Below the pieces are notes generated by a model, which was given only the letters and a program-made list of their open reading frames with translations, was not told where the DNA came from and made no database searches. From IMG/VR virus record IMGVR_UViG_3300021400_000025, positions 246,479 through 310,478 of that record: a DNA stretch of 64,000 nt, one strand, 5' to 3'. Both the position numbers and the translations under genes were made by a program. Each line of letters starts with the position of its first letter. Position 1 is the first letter of the stretch. Positions 40,535 through 51,784 of this stretch are shown here, piece by piece. Source of the DNA: a virus. Taxonomy: Duplodnaviria > Heunggongvirae > Uroviricota > Caudoviricetes.

Positions 40535-40828
40535 TCAGATTCTGTTGAACGCCCTTATTGCAATCCTTTGACCAGACTTGTCTATGAATTCCTTCGCATT
40601 ATCAGGCAAAGTTCCATATATTGCGTCGGTCAAGATGTCAATGATGTTGTCTGGGTTGAAGTTGCCCTTGAGGGTAATGATTCTGCTTCCCTCCATCTTG
40701 CCTTGAAAGGTTTCAAGCCCAAAATGTACGAACCAAGAGCCAGTGAGATTGATTGTCTCTCCAGTCTGGTAGTCTGAACCAGCAATGTAAATGTCATTTG
40801 TTCCGTCTGTTGTTGCTTCCATGTTCAT
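40535..40828 (-). CDS. hypothetical protein
   Basis: MNMEATTDG... directly behind a sigma70 promoter. Confidence 0.6.
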   Translation of the reverse strand: MNMEATTDGTNDIYIAGSDYQTGETINLTGSWFVHFGLETFQGKMEGSRIITLKGNFNPDNIIDILTDAIYGTLPDNAKEFIDKSGQRIAIRAFNRI

Positions 40829-40840
40829 TTCTCCATGTAT

Positions 40841-40869
40841 ATTATACAACAAAAGACGGCGACTGTAAA
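40841..40869 (-). promoter_or_regulatory. sigma70-type promoter
   Basis: TTTACA-17 bp-TATAAT. Confidence 0.7.
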
Positions 40870-40912
40870 GCCACCGTCTCTCGCATCCTCTTTCTTCTGG
40901 TGATGCAATCAA

Positions 40913-42328
40913 TCATTCGTCATAGGGATAGATGCGCGATGCCGCATGGTTCCCCCAGAACTCCCTCTCGTTGGTGATGTCAAAATCATAAGGTTCAAAG
41001 TCAAGTCCAGGGTATTCATCGCTAATCAATCGGCAGACTTCGTCCCTCAGACCATTGTTTTCAATGTCATACTCGTTGTCTGGACCAACATTATCATAGT
41101 CAACAACGAATGATTCCGTGTTTCCAGACTCAATCCCAAACTCAGGATAGTCCACTGTCCACATTATCTCAATCTCACCCTCTGACGCAGACCACTCCCG
41201 TGGATCATCCATGTCCTCGTCAAAAATGTCCCCGTCCATCTTTGATGTTCCATCCGAATACTCCTCATCGTCAGCCGCAAGCCACTTGTCATAGAAATAG
41301 TCGTAGTCTTTCCCAGTGAGCTTGGAAAGTTCCTGAAACACCCTTTCACGCACCAGTGAATCGTCAGCGCCAATGACTTCATATACATTCTTCCCACTTT
41401 CAAGCGCATCAAGGACATCTTGGAAAGTTGAACGTCTTGACCCCATTTCATCTGCCATTTCCTTGTCCGAGGGGTATGCGTCCCTATACCAATCTGAGAT
41501 CTAGTCGTCCATGTCCGAAAACGCAGAACCAATATGCCCGCCACTGCTCTCGTGCCAATGTCCATTGCCGTACATCAACATCAGCTCAGAATGAACATCG
41601 TCCCAAGCCTCTGACCAATCTGGATCGTCAGTATCAATCACATCCTCAATGCCCCATCTTTGGTTAAGGTTGCGCTTGACGAACTCCCTGTCCCTTGGGT
41701 TCAGGATTTCCTGGTCGTCCAAGAAATCCTCTATGTCCCAAAGAGCATCATCAGACTCGCTCACCTGGGCTTCAATGCCATTCACCCTCATTCCGAAATC
41801 ATCCCTTGAGTGCTTGAGACGTTCAAGGTGATCCCTGTCTGCCTGGGTCAAGCCATCATCCCCCAATTCATGGTCATCCTTCTTTTTCTTTCCAAGGGCT
41901 TTCCACCTTTGGTGGAACTTCTCCACCTTGTCCATGAAGTCCTTGCTTGGCTTCCTCTTGCTGACAATCCTCGGCTTCTTGCCCTCGTTCGCGCTGAATC
42001 GAATCATGGAACAATTCTTGGTCTTGATGACATCCGGATCGTCGGATTTCTGAAGCGCATCCCATTTCACGGCAAACTCCTCAAAGCCCTGTCCAGAAGT
42101 TGGCTTCATGACTTGATCCCTGGCTTCCTTATCCACGAAGACATCATGGATTGAGTAGTCTGCGTTCATCAAGTCCTTGAGGGTACAGTACTGCTTGTTC
42201 TTCGGGTCGTAGAACAAGATTTCGTTGTTCTGGTTGTCCGCTATCGCTTGCATTCCATTCTGGTCGCAGCTTGAAATGACATCAGAGACATATTCCAGTC
42301 CCAGAGATTCATTGACAATTACCTTCAT
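40913..42328 (-). CDS. acidic multi-domain hypothetical protein, possibly internal head protein; one in-frame TAG (41501)
   Basis: ORFs 41501-42328 and 40913-41458 share a frame and join via *ISDWYRDAYPSDKEM. GTAAATA upstream. Confidence 0.7.
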
Positions 42329-42377
42329 GTTGATTCTCCTATGTATGGTTGTCCATAGGTGTATTTACCAACATGAA

Positions 42378-43199
42378 TCAGAAATTGGGAATGTCAACAT
42401 TCATGGCTTTCAACGCATCCTGCCGCTTCTTCCAATCTGCCAGAATCAAGTCCTTGAAGGGGTTGAACTTGTCCCCAATTTCATGGAACTGGCAACCAGA
42501 CTCGGCATGGAAATGGCAGATGAACTTGCGGAACTTGGCATCTGGCTCCACAAAGCCACCTTCCTTGAGGATATGCTCGTATAGGGACAACTGAAGACCA
42601 TAGAGGTTGTATTCGCAATCAGGAAGGGTGTCAATGGGCGAGAGGAATGTGTCGCCCCACTCGTTGTCCATCCTGATTCGCTTGTTGGTCTTCCAGTCAA
42701 TCAGTAGATAATCCCCAGTGTCCTTATGGCGTCCGATGAGGTCTATCGTGCCAGCCACATTGATTACTGGATCAAAGATGATTTTCTCCGACTCGTAATC
42801 GTAGGGACGTTCCTTCATCTTCTTGACAACTGCTTCAATCTGCTTGAACACAACCTGCTGCTCCGGGGTGAAGGTGGAATCGTCAACGAAATCCCCATTG
42901 AAGATGCGCTCGGCAACGCTGTGCATCCTTGTGCCGTGCTTGCAGGCAGTCTTGTTGATTTTCGCCCATCTGTCCTTGATTTCCTGCTGGGTCACGCCCT
43001 CCTTCTTGGCGCACAGCATGGACATTCCCTCAAGGTCAAAGGGCTTCTGGTACTTGTGGATTAGGGTTGTGACTGAAATGGGCTTGTACTTGAGCTGCTG
43101 CTCCTTATCGAACACCTTGTACACATGCCCACCCTCGTTGAACTGAACTGTCAAGCCATTGTGCTTGATTTCCGACTTCTTCTCTGAACTTACTGCCAT
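42378..43199 (-). CDS. PD-(D/E)xK exonuclease (Cas4/RecB-like)
   Basis: F...HVY...SVTTLIHKY...GTRMH..AE...SE.....VAGTIDL...LIDWKTNK...YGLQLSLY. Confidence 0.85.
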   Translation of the reverse strand: MAVSSEKKSEIKHNGLTVQFNEGGHVYKVFDKEQQLKYKPISVTTLIHKYQKPFDLEGMSMLCAKKEGVTQQEIKDRWAKINKTACKHGTRMHSVAERIFNGDFVDDSTFTPEQQVVFKQIEAVVKKMKERPYDYESEKIIFDPVINVAGTIDLIGRHKDTGDYLLIDWKTNKRIRMDNEWGDTFLSPIDTLPDCEYNLYGLQLSLYEHILKEGGFVEPDAKFRKFICHFHAESGCQFHEIGDKFNPFKDLILADWKKRQDALKAMNVDIPNF

Positions 43200-43203
43200 T
43201 TTG

Positions 43204-43902
43204 TCATGCTGCCTTTCTTTTCTTGTATTTGATTCCATATCGCTCAAGGATTTCAACCGCTTCGGAGAACTGACGATGCGATTCCGAGGTTTCCTTGTCA
43301 TCCTTCTCCATTTGCTCCTGGATGTTTCTTATCCTCTCTTTTACGTTCTCAATGCCACATGCATTGATTCCCACACCCCGCATTTCATCATCGAAGTCGA
43401 TTATGTCGCGGACTTTTTCATCGAACTCGATGCCTTCGTTCAAGTCATGGATTGAATCTGGATATTTCAACGCAATGGACAACGCCACGCCATAGTCTCG
43501 GAAGAACTTCCATGCGTTGCTGTTGAAGTACATTTTGCAGGAAGGGCGAACGATATCCTCATTCACATCATGGGCAAATCCACTGATGAACGCATGTCCA
43601 TTTCGGCCAACAACCTTGTCGTGGAAATTGGTTCCGACAGTCAACTTCTTGAGCGTTTCATAGGGAATTGGAACTACTGTTGAAGTCTTGTCCAACCACC
43701 CTCCATTGAGCAGTTGAAAGACCTCAACAAGAATGTCCTTCTTGTCTTCCATGTTCTGGTGCATCACAACGCCAAACTTGCTCACGTAGTTGAGGTTCTT
43801 GAAGGAAGTCCCATACGAAGTTGGAATCCCATACGCGCCTTTCCTGTATCCAGGAAAGGTTGTTGCGTTGAACTTTGAACATTTTACTCTCAAAAGAGAC
43901 AT
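43204..43902 (-). CDS. hypothetical protein (probable paralog of 43960-44718)
   Basis: 232 aa with its own promoter. Confidence 0.7.
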   Translation of the reverse strand: MSLLRVKCSKFNATTFPGYRKGAYGIPTSYGTSFKNLNYVSKFGVVMHQNMEDKKDILVEVFQLLNGGWLDKTSTVVPIPYETLKKLTVGTNFHDKVVGRNGHAFISGFAHDVNEDIVRPSCKMYFNSNAWKFFRDYGVALSIALKYPDSIHDLNEGIEFDEKVRDIIDFDDEMRGVGINACGIENVKERIRNIQEQMEKDDKETSESHRQFSEAVEILERYGIKYKKRKAA

Positions 43903-43922
43903 GACTTCTTCTCCTGTATTGC

Positions 43923-43951
43923 AGTATACGTTTTTGTTCGGGATTCGTAAA
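43923..43951 (-). promoter_or_regulatory. sigma70-type promoter
   Basis: TTTACG-17 bp-TATACT. Confidence 0.6.
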
Positions 43952-43959
43952 CAGCCAAA

Positions 43960-44718
43960 TCAGATCTCAACCTCTATTCCATACTTGCTGGACATCAGAT
44001 TCATGGCATCTGCCGCCTTGTCAAGAATCTCCTGATACTTCTTCTCGAAATCGGCGAGATCGCCGTGCGCCTTTTCGAGGCGTTCAAGCATGCGCTTCTT
44101 GCTGCTTGACATGTCAGCTTCATCCAAGGATATTGAAAATGAAACCTTGGCAATGGTGCGCAATGCATCACGAATGGCGTTGGTGTCTTCCATGGTGTAT
44201 TCGTGGTTGGGATAATGGACGAGAGCAATTGCGATGTTGTATTTCATTTCATATACCATCTTCCCAAGGAAGGAGTAATTGATGGAATCCACTGAAATCG
44301 ATCCAAGCATATTCCTCAGCCACCGAGTGTTGTACTTGAACATGAAATGCCCATCCACAACATCAATCTTGGTATTGCTCCTCCATGCAGGTTCTCTGGA
44401 AACCGTGTCGTAGAAGTTCCATTCCCCATCCTTGTTCTTGAACAACTTCTCAAGAACCTTGGGTGGAACAGGATGCCAACCATCTGTGGCATTGTCATCT
44501 CCTCTGATTCGATATATAAGTTCAAAGGTGGTTTCATCCTTGTTCGTGTTCATGGCATATATGTAATCCACCATGACTCTAGTGTCCTCATCCACGTTCA
44601 CAGACACATTATTCTGAAACAAATATGACTTGAACCTGCTCTCATCAAGATGCAGGGCCATAGGTATATTGTGAAAATGGTTGATTCTCCACTGGTTATG
44701 GTAAGTGTAATATGACAT
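43960..44718 (-). CDS. hypothetical protein
   Basis: MSYYTYHNQW...; start placed downstream of the promoter at 44747-44775. Confidence 0.7.
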   Translation of the reverse strand: MSYYTYHNQWRINHFHNIPMALHLDESRFKSYLFQNNVSVNVDEDTRVMVDYIYAMNTNKDETTFELIYRIRGDDNATDGWHPVPPKVLEKLFKNKDGEWNFYDTVSREPAWRSNTKIDVVDGHFMFKYNTRWLRNMLGSISVDSINYSFLGKMVYEMKYNIAIALVHYPNHEYTMEDTNAIRDALRTIAKVSFSISLDEADMSSSKKRMLERLEKAHGDLADFEKKYQEILDKAADAMNLMSSKYGIEVEI

Positions 44719-44746
44719 TTCCTGTTGCCCTTCAAAGACTACACAT

Positions 44747-44775
44747 ATTATACCACATTTTCCTTCAGTTGTAAA
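44747..44775 (-). promoter_or_regulatory. sigma70-type promoter
   Basis: TTTACA-17 bp-TATAAT with TGTGG. Confidence 0.75.
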
Positions 44776-44821
44776 GGGGGTTATGGAAATGGTATAATTA
44801 GGTCTAGGAAGGAAATCACGG

Positions 44822-45082
44822 ATGGTTGTACTCACAATCTACACAAATGAATACGATTCAAGGGAAGACATAGTTGGGAATGGAATGTCAGGAAAGGTGT
44901 TTCTGGAAGGTTCTGGAACAGGCAGGGAATTCAAGACAGTTGATGAAGCATTGGATCATTGCGTTGAACATGGAATCAACATAGACCAATTGGCAATCAT
45001 GTACCTTTCTGCTGATGGGGGGCAGAAGTTCATGCGTTTCGCCGCTTTGACCCACGAAATTGGTAAATAGGAGTTGCCATGA
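44822..45082 (+). CDS. small hypothetical protein (ends at TAG 45070, or at TGA 45082 if read through)
   Basis: Readthrough gives an ATGA overlap with the next gene. Confidence 0.5.
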
Positions 45083-46032
45083 AGATACTGAACCAAAACA
45101 TCTCAGATTCCACAGACCTCGCAATTGAGACCACTAAGGTTTCTGCATTGCCGGAGGCTGATACCCTTCCAGGAGACTCCTTCATCCACATTGTGTATGG
45201 GGGCAACACCTCCCGAAAGATGAAAATCGACACCTTCAACGACAAGGTATATGAAGCTGTCCAGAACAACTTCAAGGTGGATTACAACGATCTGCATGCA
45301 CATGAAGATGAAGATGAAGATATATGGTCGTTCAAGAAATTGAGTGAATACATCAATGGGGACAGCAGGTTCGTGATTGATGATTTCAATCCCACAGACA
45401 CAAAATCCACCTTCGTCGAACATGTCAACTATGACTTTGATATATTGAGAAGATACATGGTCAAGCGGGCAGAGGGTCTGGACAGCAGCTTCAACAATCT
45501 CCAGAATGAAATGCGTGAACTTGATTGCCGGTTCTCGTCCAACATGTCTCTTCATACAACAGACGAAAACAACAACGACACCACAGACTCTGTATGGCAC
45601 AAAAAGACAGAAAACGACACTTATTGCCAGATGCAGATACAAGTGGGGAACAACATCTCCAACGAATGGACGACCAATGCTTCTGGAATGCTGGTTGTTG
45701 TTGGATGGCTGGATTCAACCAAGTCCTTGAACAACAAGGCAATACCATCATCCTTCTGCTGCATTGAGGGCAAGATAGATGGTGATTGGGAGGTTTTGGG
45801 GGTTCAGACCGTGATTCCAGCGAAAACGATGTCATATGTGGGATTCACCATCCCAGTGAATAGTGGGTTGACGATACGCGCAAGAACTGGCTTCTTCGTT
45901 GAGGCAAAGTCAGGTCAATTCTCCCAGGAGCAGGATGGATTCAACACCCTCTCCAACAGCACGCCCAATGGATTCAAGTGCATGATATACTCCAATCAAA
46001 CAAGTAAAAGTGAAAGTGAAGGTGAACAATGA
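45079..46032 (+). CDS. hypothetical, possibly tail/fibre-associated protein
   Basis: 317 aa; N-terminal KVSALPEADTL...FIHIV resembles tail-fibre N-termini; GTAAATA immediately upstream. Confidence 0.6.
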   Translation: MKILNQNISDSTDLAIETTKVSALPEADTLPGDSFIHIVYGGNTSRKMKIDTFNDKVYEAVQNNFKVDYNDLHAHEDEDEDIWSFKKLSEYINGDSRFVIDDFNPTDTKSTFVEHVNYDFDILRRYMVKRAEGLDSSFNNLQNEMRELDCRFSSNMSLHTTDENNNDTTDSVWHKKTENDTYCQMQIQVGNNISNEWTTNASGMLVVVGWLDSTKSLNNKAIPSSFCCIEGKIDGDWEVLGVQTVIPAKTMSYVGFTIPVNSGLTIRARTGFFVEAKSGQFSQEQDGFNTLSNSTPNGFKCMIYSNQTSKSESEGEQ

Positions 46033-46454
46033 CTTTGCTCGACAAGGTGACTGAATCATCAAACAAGCCAAACACGAAGAATAATGAGCATGAAGACAAT
46101 CACCAGAAAAAGCAAGACAATGGTTTTGCCGATTCTGAATCCTCTGCCATTTTGAACACTGTCGAAAGCCAATTCCAGAAGATGATGTCTGAATTCAACG
46201 CGATTGGTGGATTCAGTGTCGATACAGGAGAGCAAGCAGTGGACACCATGATAGAGCTGCTTTCTGGAAAGGAAGTTGCCGTGTCAATAGCGGTTCTGCT
46301 TTCCTACATCAGATATTGCGTCAACCATGGAATCAAGAAGGACATCACCCTCAAGATTGGCTACAACAAGCCCCCGGCCATCCCAATGAACTTCGCCATC
46401 AACGAAGAACTTCTTGGGGACATATACCCAGGCGATGTCGTTGAAATAAATTGA
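46029..46454 (+). CDS. hypothetical protein
   Basis: 141 aa with ATGA coupling. Confidence 0.65.
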   Translation: MTLLDKVTESSNKPNTKNNEHEDNHQKKQDNGFADSESSAILNTVESQFQKMMSEFNAIGGFSVDTGEQAVDTMIELLSGKEVAVSIAVLLSYIRYCVNHGIKKDITLKIGYNKPPAIPMNFAINEELLGDIYPGDVVEIN

Positions 46455-46462
46455 ACTGCGCA

Positions 46463-49400
46463 TCATTCAACTGGCGCATTGACGTTCTGCACTTCCTCAT
46501 TGTATGCCAAGGTGGATGACTGTGACATTTCTTCCATCTTCTGCGCCAACATGAATTCCTTCATGTACTGGACTTCATTGGAGAATGCGCCCAAGAATTG
46601 CTGCAAAGTGGGATTGCTTGCATCGACTCCACTTATCTTCAGTTCAATGATTGCGTCCTTCAACTGCTTGATGCTGGTTATGGGTTCACCCTTGTATTCC
46701 AGACCTGTGTCGCGCAACTTTCCATCATCGTTGTCCATCACCTGGGCATATGCTGCCTTTGTGAGATTGGATTCACTTTTCCAGAACCTGGCCACTATGT
46801 CTTGACGCACCTTCCTCTGCTCCTCTCTGTCCAACTCGGATTTCTGCTCTTGCGCCAATTCCTTCTTCTCATCTTCTCCTCCTCCTTCGGATGTGTTCTC
46901 CTTGGATACATCTGAATCCAGTCTGGTGAACTTCAACGACAACTGGCTTATGAACAGTTCATACAATGTGTTGCCATTCAACATGTTGTCCAACTTGGTG
47001 AAGTCGAATACATCATCGTCGGATAGATGGAAAAGGTTGGTCTTGTTGATGTTGAAGCTCTGGTTCTTGTCCCTTGCGGCGTCAACATCCATTTGAAGAA
47101 GGTTCAGCTTGCGCACAATCTTGTATATGGTGTCAAAGTCATCGCACGAACAATTCTTGAACCACATCATGAGCGTTTCCATCTCCTGCACAACAAAGTC
47201 CAGAACCACCACTCTGAAGAACCAGTCTGGATGGTTGAGGATGCCATACTCGTCAACCTTGCGGAGATCGCGTATCTTCTCCTCGAAGTATCTCTTCTTC
47301 TCCTGGGATGTGAGGAACTGCAATTTGTCCTTCTCATATGAGTTCATTATCTTCTCGTTCCACACTTGTTGGAAGATTCTAGGTGTCACTGTCCGTCTTT
47401 TCACGGACACCGCCTTGTCATGCTCGTCATAGGCGGATTGGAGAAGATCGGTGTCAATCTGAATGGCTTCGTCGGCCAATCCATCGCGCTCCTCCAACAA
47501 ATCATGGATTTCGTCCTGAAGACGAACCTTCTTCACAAGAAGATCATCCCTCTGGGACAAGTTGGTCTCGTTGGACAACTGCTTGTCCAATTCAACCATG
47601 TTGGACACCTTGTTGTCGATGGCAGATTGAACCTTGCGCAAATCACGAAGATTGCGTCCATATTGCTTCACCAGAATCTGTCGGTAGTCTGGCTCTATGG
47701 TGGTGTACAGCTCGTCTGTGGCTGGGGTCTTGTACCACAGGTTGTTGCTTTCCGCGTTGTACAGTCTCTTCAACAACTTCTTCGTCTCGCGCACCGTCCT
47801 CTTGGACTTGCGCATGGTGTTGACAACACTGTCTGTGTTTACGGCCAAATCTCCAAATTGGGACTTGATGCGTTCAAGCCGCTTGTTGTATGTGGCTTCC
47901 AAGAAGTTCTCCTGTACGTTCTGCGTGTCATCCTCGTTGTCCATGTCGTCCATCAAGTCAGAGACTGCCTTGGAGAACATCCTGGTGGTTGGATTGGTTG
48001 GATTAGTGGTTGAATTGGTGGATGGAACGGTTGAAGCTGCGGATTGTTCATTTGTCCCAGAGCCAGGAGTTGCCACATCACCTGCAGTTGAATCTGCAGG
48101 ATTCTTGAAAAGGTTTTTGTATGGTGTTAGATCCGGTTGAAGTCTGCTCTCCTTCCCACCTTCATCCTTCCCATATCCTTCATATCCCGTCATCTTGACA
48201 TAGTATTGGAACACAGAGGAGTTCATGTTGTTGTCAAGACAGCTCTTGAAGGTGATGGAGAGCTTATATCCATCGGGGATGACCTCAGTCTTCTCATCAT
48301 GTGGCTGCTGCATCTGCGCGACTCGGCCATCAGACGACCCTATCCTCCATGTGGCTCCTTGTACGCCCGCATCATCGAAGAACTTGCTTGGTGGATGTCT
48401 GTTCAAGCCAAGTGGAGACAACTCGAAGCTTCCAGTGCACATCAAATGCCGCTGACCTGTTGGAAGCCACAGTTCATACAACGCGCCGGGGAAGTTCATT
48501 ATGGCCTTCTGCATGGAGCGGTTGTTGTGGATGATGGTGTTCACGCACATGTAGTTGTTCCTTGCCTTGAGCGCATTGTCGTTGATTAGCATCAAGTCCA
48601 TCTTGAAAGAGGGCTTCTCTCCCTTTGGACCATTCCACGTTGGCGCTGGGAAAAGGTCTCCAACTGGCCGCGCCATGGACCCAGTGAGTCCTGATGCCAT
48701 GCCACCAATCATCTCCACGACATGCCCCAGACTCTTCCGCAGACCTTGTAGAAATCCACCATTCTCATCTCCCCATTCTGGCTCGTTGGACGATTGGTTG
48801 ATGACGGTTCCCTCATCCACTATGTATGGGAATATGTAGGTGTTGCCATATAGACGTTTCCTCAATCCCACATACAGAATGTATGGCAAATCTATGACTG
48901 CCGCCTGAGGAGTGGGGAATTCCTGGAACACCGACTTAATCTTGTTCATCAATGTGGTGGCCTTGTCCTTGAGGCTTGACGATGTGGTGGATTGCGCATC
49001 CACTTGCGTGTTCTCGGTGGTCGAATCCTCTGGCGAAGTGAATGCTTCCTTCACCAAACCACCAATCTTCTGCACGAAGTTCACCATGGTGTCCACCTGG
49101 TTCTTGAAGAAGAACTCCTTCACCACTATGTACGGCACTTTGTCCAACATGTCATCCATTGAATCCAAAGCCTGGAACGAAGCTGGTGTTATCGCTATCT
49201 GTGGATACTGTTGCTTTGCGTCAAATGGTCTGAACGAATATATGGTCCATTCTGAGTTGATGTGTCCATATGGATTGAAGAGCTGTTGGTCGCCATCGCG
49301 CATCAAGAACATCAGATTGTCCTTGGCGGATTTCTCCAATTTCGTGGCAGCAGGCCAGCCATTCCACCCCAAGTACGACTCGTTGGATTCCTTGATGTCC

Positions 49401-51298
49401 ATCTTCGACGAGTACGCCATTGGACTCTCCCATCCCATTGGGGTTGAGACCTCCTCTTCTGGACGGGTGGGCTTGGCGTTTGGCGCTGTGGATGGAGCTG
49501 TGGATGGGGGTGGCTCGTCTGGTTCCTCATTTGTCTCATCTCCCCCTTCTCCTTTTCCTTCACCGCCATCATTATCATTATCTGGATCATCGACACCTTC
49601 TTGTGGGTTGAACACATTCTCCCAGAAGTTCAAATCTTCGGTGGGATCGTATGGCTCATCTTCATCATCTTCTGGAAGTTCCCAGTCCTCGTTCCAGTCC
49701 TCTCCATCTTCAGTCCAATCCTCGTCCCAATTCTCCTCGTCCAATTCGTTCTCTGCGTCATCAACCTCCTCCATCAATTCCTGCATGTCGTCGTCATACT
49801 CCTCTATGACCCCATCCACATCGTCCATTGTGTCGCCAAACAAATCCTCTGCGGAATCAGAAGCAGAATCCATCAATCCATCTGCGATGTTGGACATCAT
49901 GTCCATTGCTCCTTCGGCGAGGCCAACCGCAGTGTCCATCACCGCACCTGCCAAATCTCCTGTGGCCGACAAGGCATCTCCTGCGAAATCAGCAAGTCCT
50001 TGCGCAACATCCCCCGCGCCCTCAACCGCACCTGACGCCAAATCCCCTATGGTGTCCATCAGAGAGCCACCAATGTCCGTGGCAGCATCAAGCACAGAGC
50101 CAGCCATGCCCGACGCGTTGTCAAGTATGCTGCTTCCAACAGAAGACGCACCATCCAACAACGAACCAACAGTGTTGAAGGTGGCATCTGCCATGCCAGA
50201 CGCAACTTGAGAGGCTGAATCCAAAATGCCACTGGCAAGTGATCCACAGTTGTCCGCCAATCCTCCCAGAAGATTGGTTGCCGCGCCAACAGCGCTCTAG
50301 CCAGTGGCCAACGCAGACTTGCCTGCATCCACCGCCTGCCCAAACAACCCACCTGCGCCTGCTTCGCCTGTCCCAGTAGGAGCCTTTGAGCCGAATATCC
50401 CCTGCATCAAGCCGGATGCGGCATCTCCAACAAGGTTGGACGCGACATTCGCAGCCTGACCCACCAACCCCTTCGCCAAGCCAGTGGCTGTGGAAAGCAA
50501 CCCACCTTGTCCATTGCTCCCATTCACAATCTGATTCACGCCAGAAAGAAGACTGGATGCCGTGGATTGCGCCCCTGACATCAAGGAGTTCGCGCATGAA
50601 GTTGCTTGGTTCAACATCCCTGAAATCCCCCCACTTGAGGAACCTTTGCCACCACCCAATATGTTGGAAGTCAGATTCTTGGCGATGGAGGTTCCTGCGC
50701 CACATATTGTGTTCATCGCGCCAGATACCGTGGATGTGAGGGAACTTGCCATGTTGGAGGCTTGCCCCAAGACAGAACTTGATGTGCTTTTCGTGGTGTC
50801 GATCAGATTCTTCGCAGTGTTGTTGGTGGTGTTCAACAAGGACTTCGATACCCCACTGGCAGTGGTCATCATTGTCTTCGCCACAGAAGATGTTGTCCCC
50901 AAAATGCTTGTGGTTATTGGAACTGCAGTTCCTGCGATTGAAGACACGCTGTTTGCCAGACCATGTCCAATGCTCCCCACAAGATTCCCCAATGAGCTTT
51001 TGGATGCGCTGGTGGTTCCATCCCTCTCAATTTCAGCCTTGGCGAGAAGAGAGTCCTTCCGCATCGCCATCAACCTTCCAGATGCTTCCTGGGCAGTGCG
51101 CATCATCTTGCTTGTCTGGCTCTCAACATTGGCAAGCATGTCCAATGCCCCCTTGATTCTGGAATCATCCACATCTGGACTGAAATTCCTGGACAAGATG
51201 CTCTCACGCAACGTCCTCAAGCTCTCAATCTTCTTCTTCGCCTCGTCAAATCTTCTCTGTGTATGCTCTTCTCTCATCTTGCACTCCATATCCATCAA
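46463..51298 (-). CDS. 1611-aa protein: G/S/A/T-rich repeats, acidic tract, possible baseplate/tail-tube-cap (gp48-like) domain, coiled coil; one in-frame TAG (50297)
   Basis: ORFs 50297-51298 and 46463-50260 share a frame. Sits next to gp25. Central domain has F.MDLMLIN...PGALYELW...IPDGYKLSITFKS. Confidence 0.7.
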
Positions 51299-51765
51299 AT
51301 TCCCGAAACCTCCCCTTGCACAACTTGGACATCCCCAGCGTCGCGACCACGCACCTGATATGCCACCTTCACCTCTATGGCGTTGGAGAAGCCATCTTGT
51401 CCAGAACCCTCATCTTCGTCCTTGTTCCATGCATCCACCGACAATATCTCCACTCTGGGTTCATTCGTCTCAATCGCCCTCTTCACCTCTTGGCATATCT
51501 GCTCCTTGTTGAAGTCAGTGACCTGAGAATACATGGACTTCTTGAGATTGTGCCCAAATTCTGGACGTATGACGCTCTCCCCAACCCTCCACATCAATAT
51601 GTTCCTTATCGCGGCCTTCACTGCGTCCACATCATACAACATGGGCAATTCATCTGAATATGACTGCATGGAATGTCCATTGATGACATCCACATCAGAA
51701 TAGTGATGCCTGTTCTTGAGCCTCTCGTATGTAGGCGCGTCCAACTTTACCACCAAACTTCCCAT
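51295..51765 (-). CDS. gp25: baseplate wedge subunit, T4 gp25/GPW family
   Basis: AVKAAIRNILMWRVGESVIRPEFGHNL...EVKRAIETNEPRVEILSV. Confidence 0.85.
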   Translation of the reverse strand: MGSLVVKLDAPTYERLKNRHHYSDVDVINGHSMQSYSDELPMLYDVDAVKAAIRNILMWRVGESVIRPEFGHNLKKSMYSQVTDFNKEQICQEVKRAIETNEPRVEILSVDAWNKDEDEGSGQDGFSNAIEVKVAYQVRGRDAGDVQVVQGEVSGI

Positions 51766-51784
51766 TGTCTCCCATTTACCTCCA

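Noticed and set aside
42378-43199. Cas4 as part of a CRISPR-Cas system
   Set aside because: Stand-alone PD-(D/E)xK nuclease with no adjacent cas genes or repeats; common in large phages.
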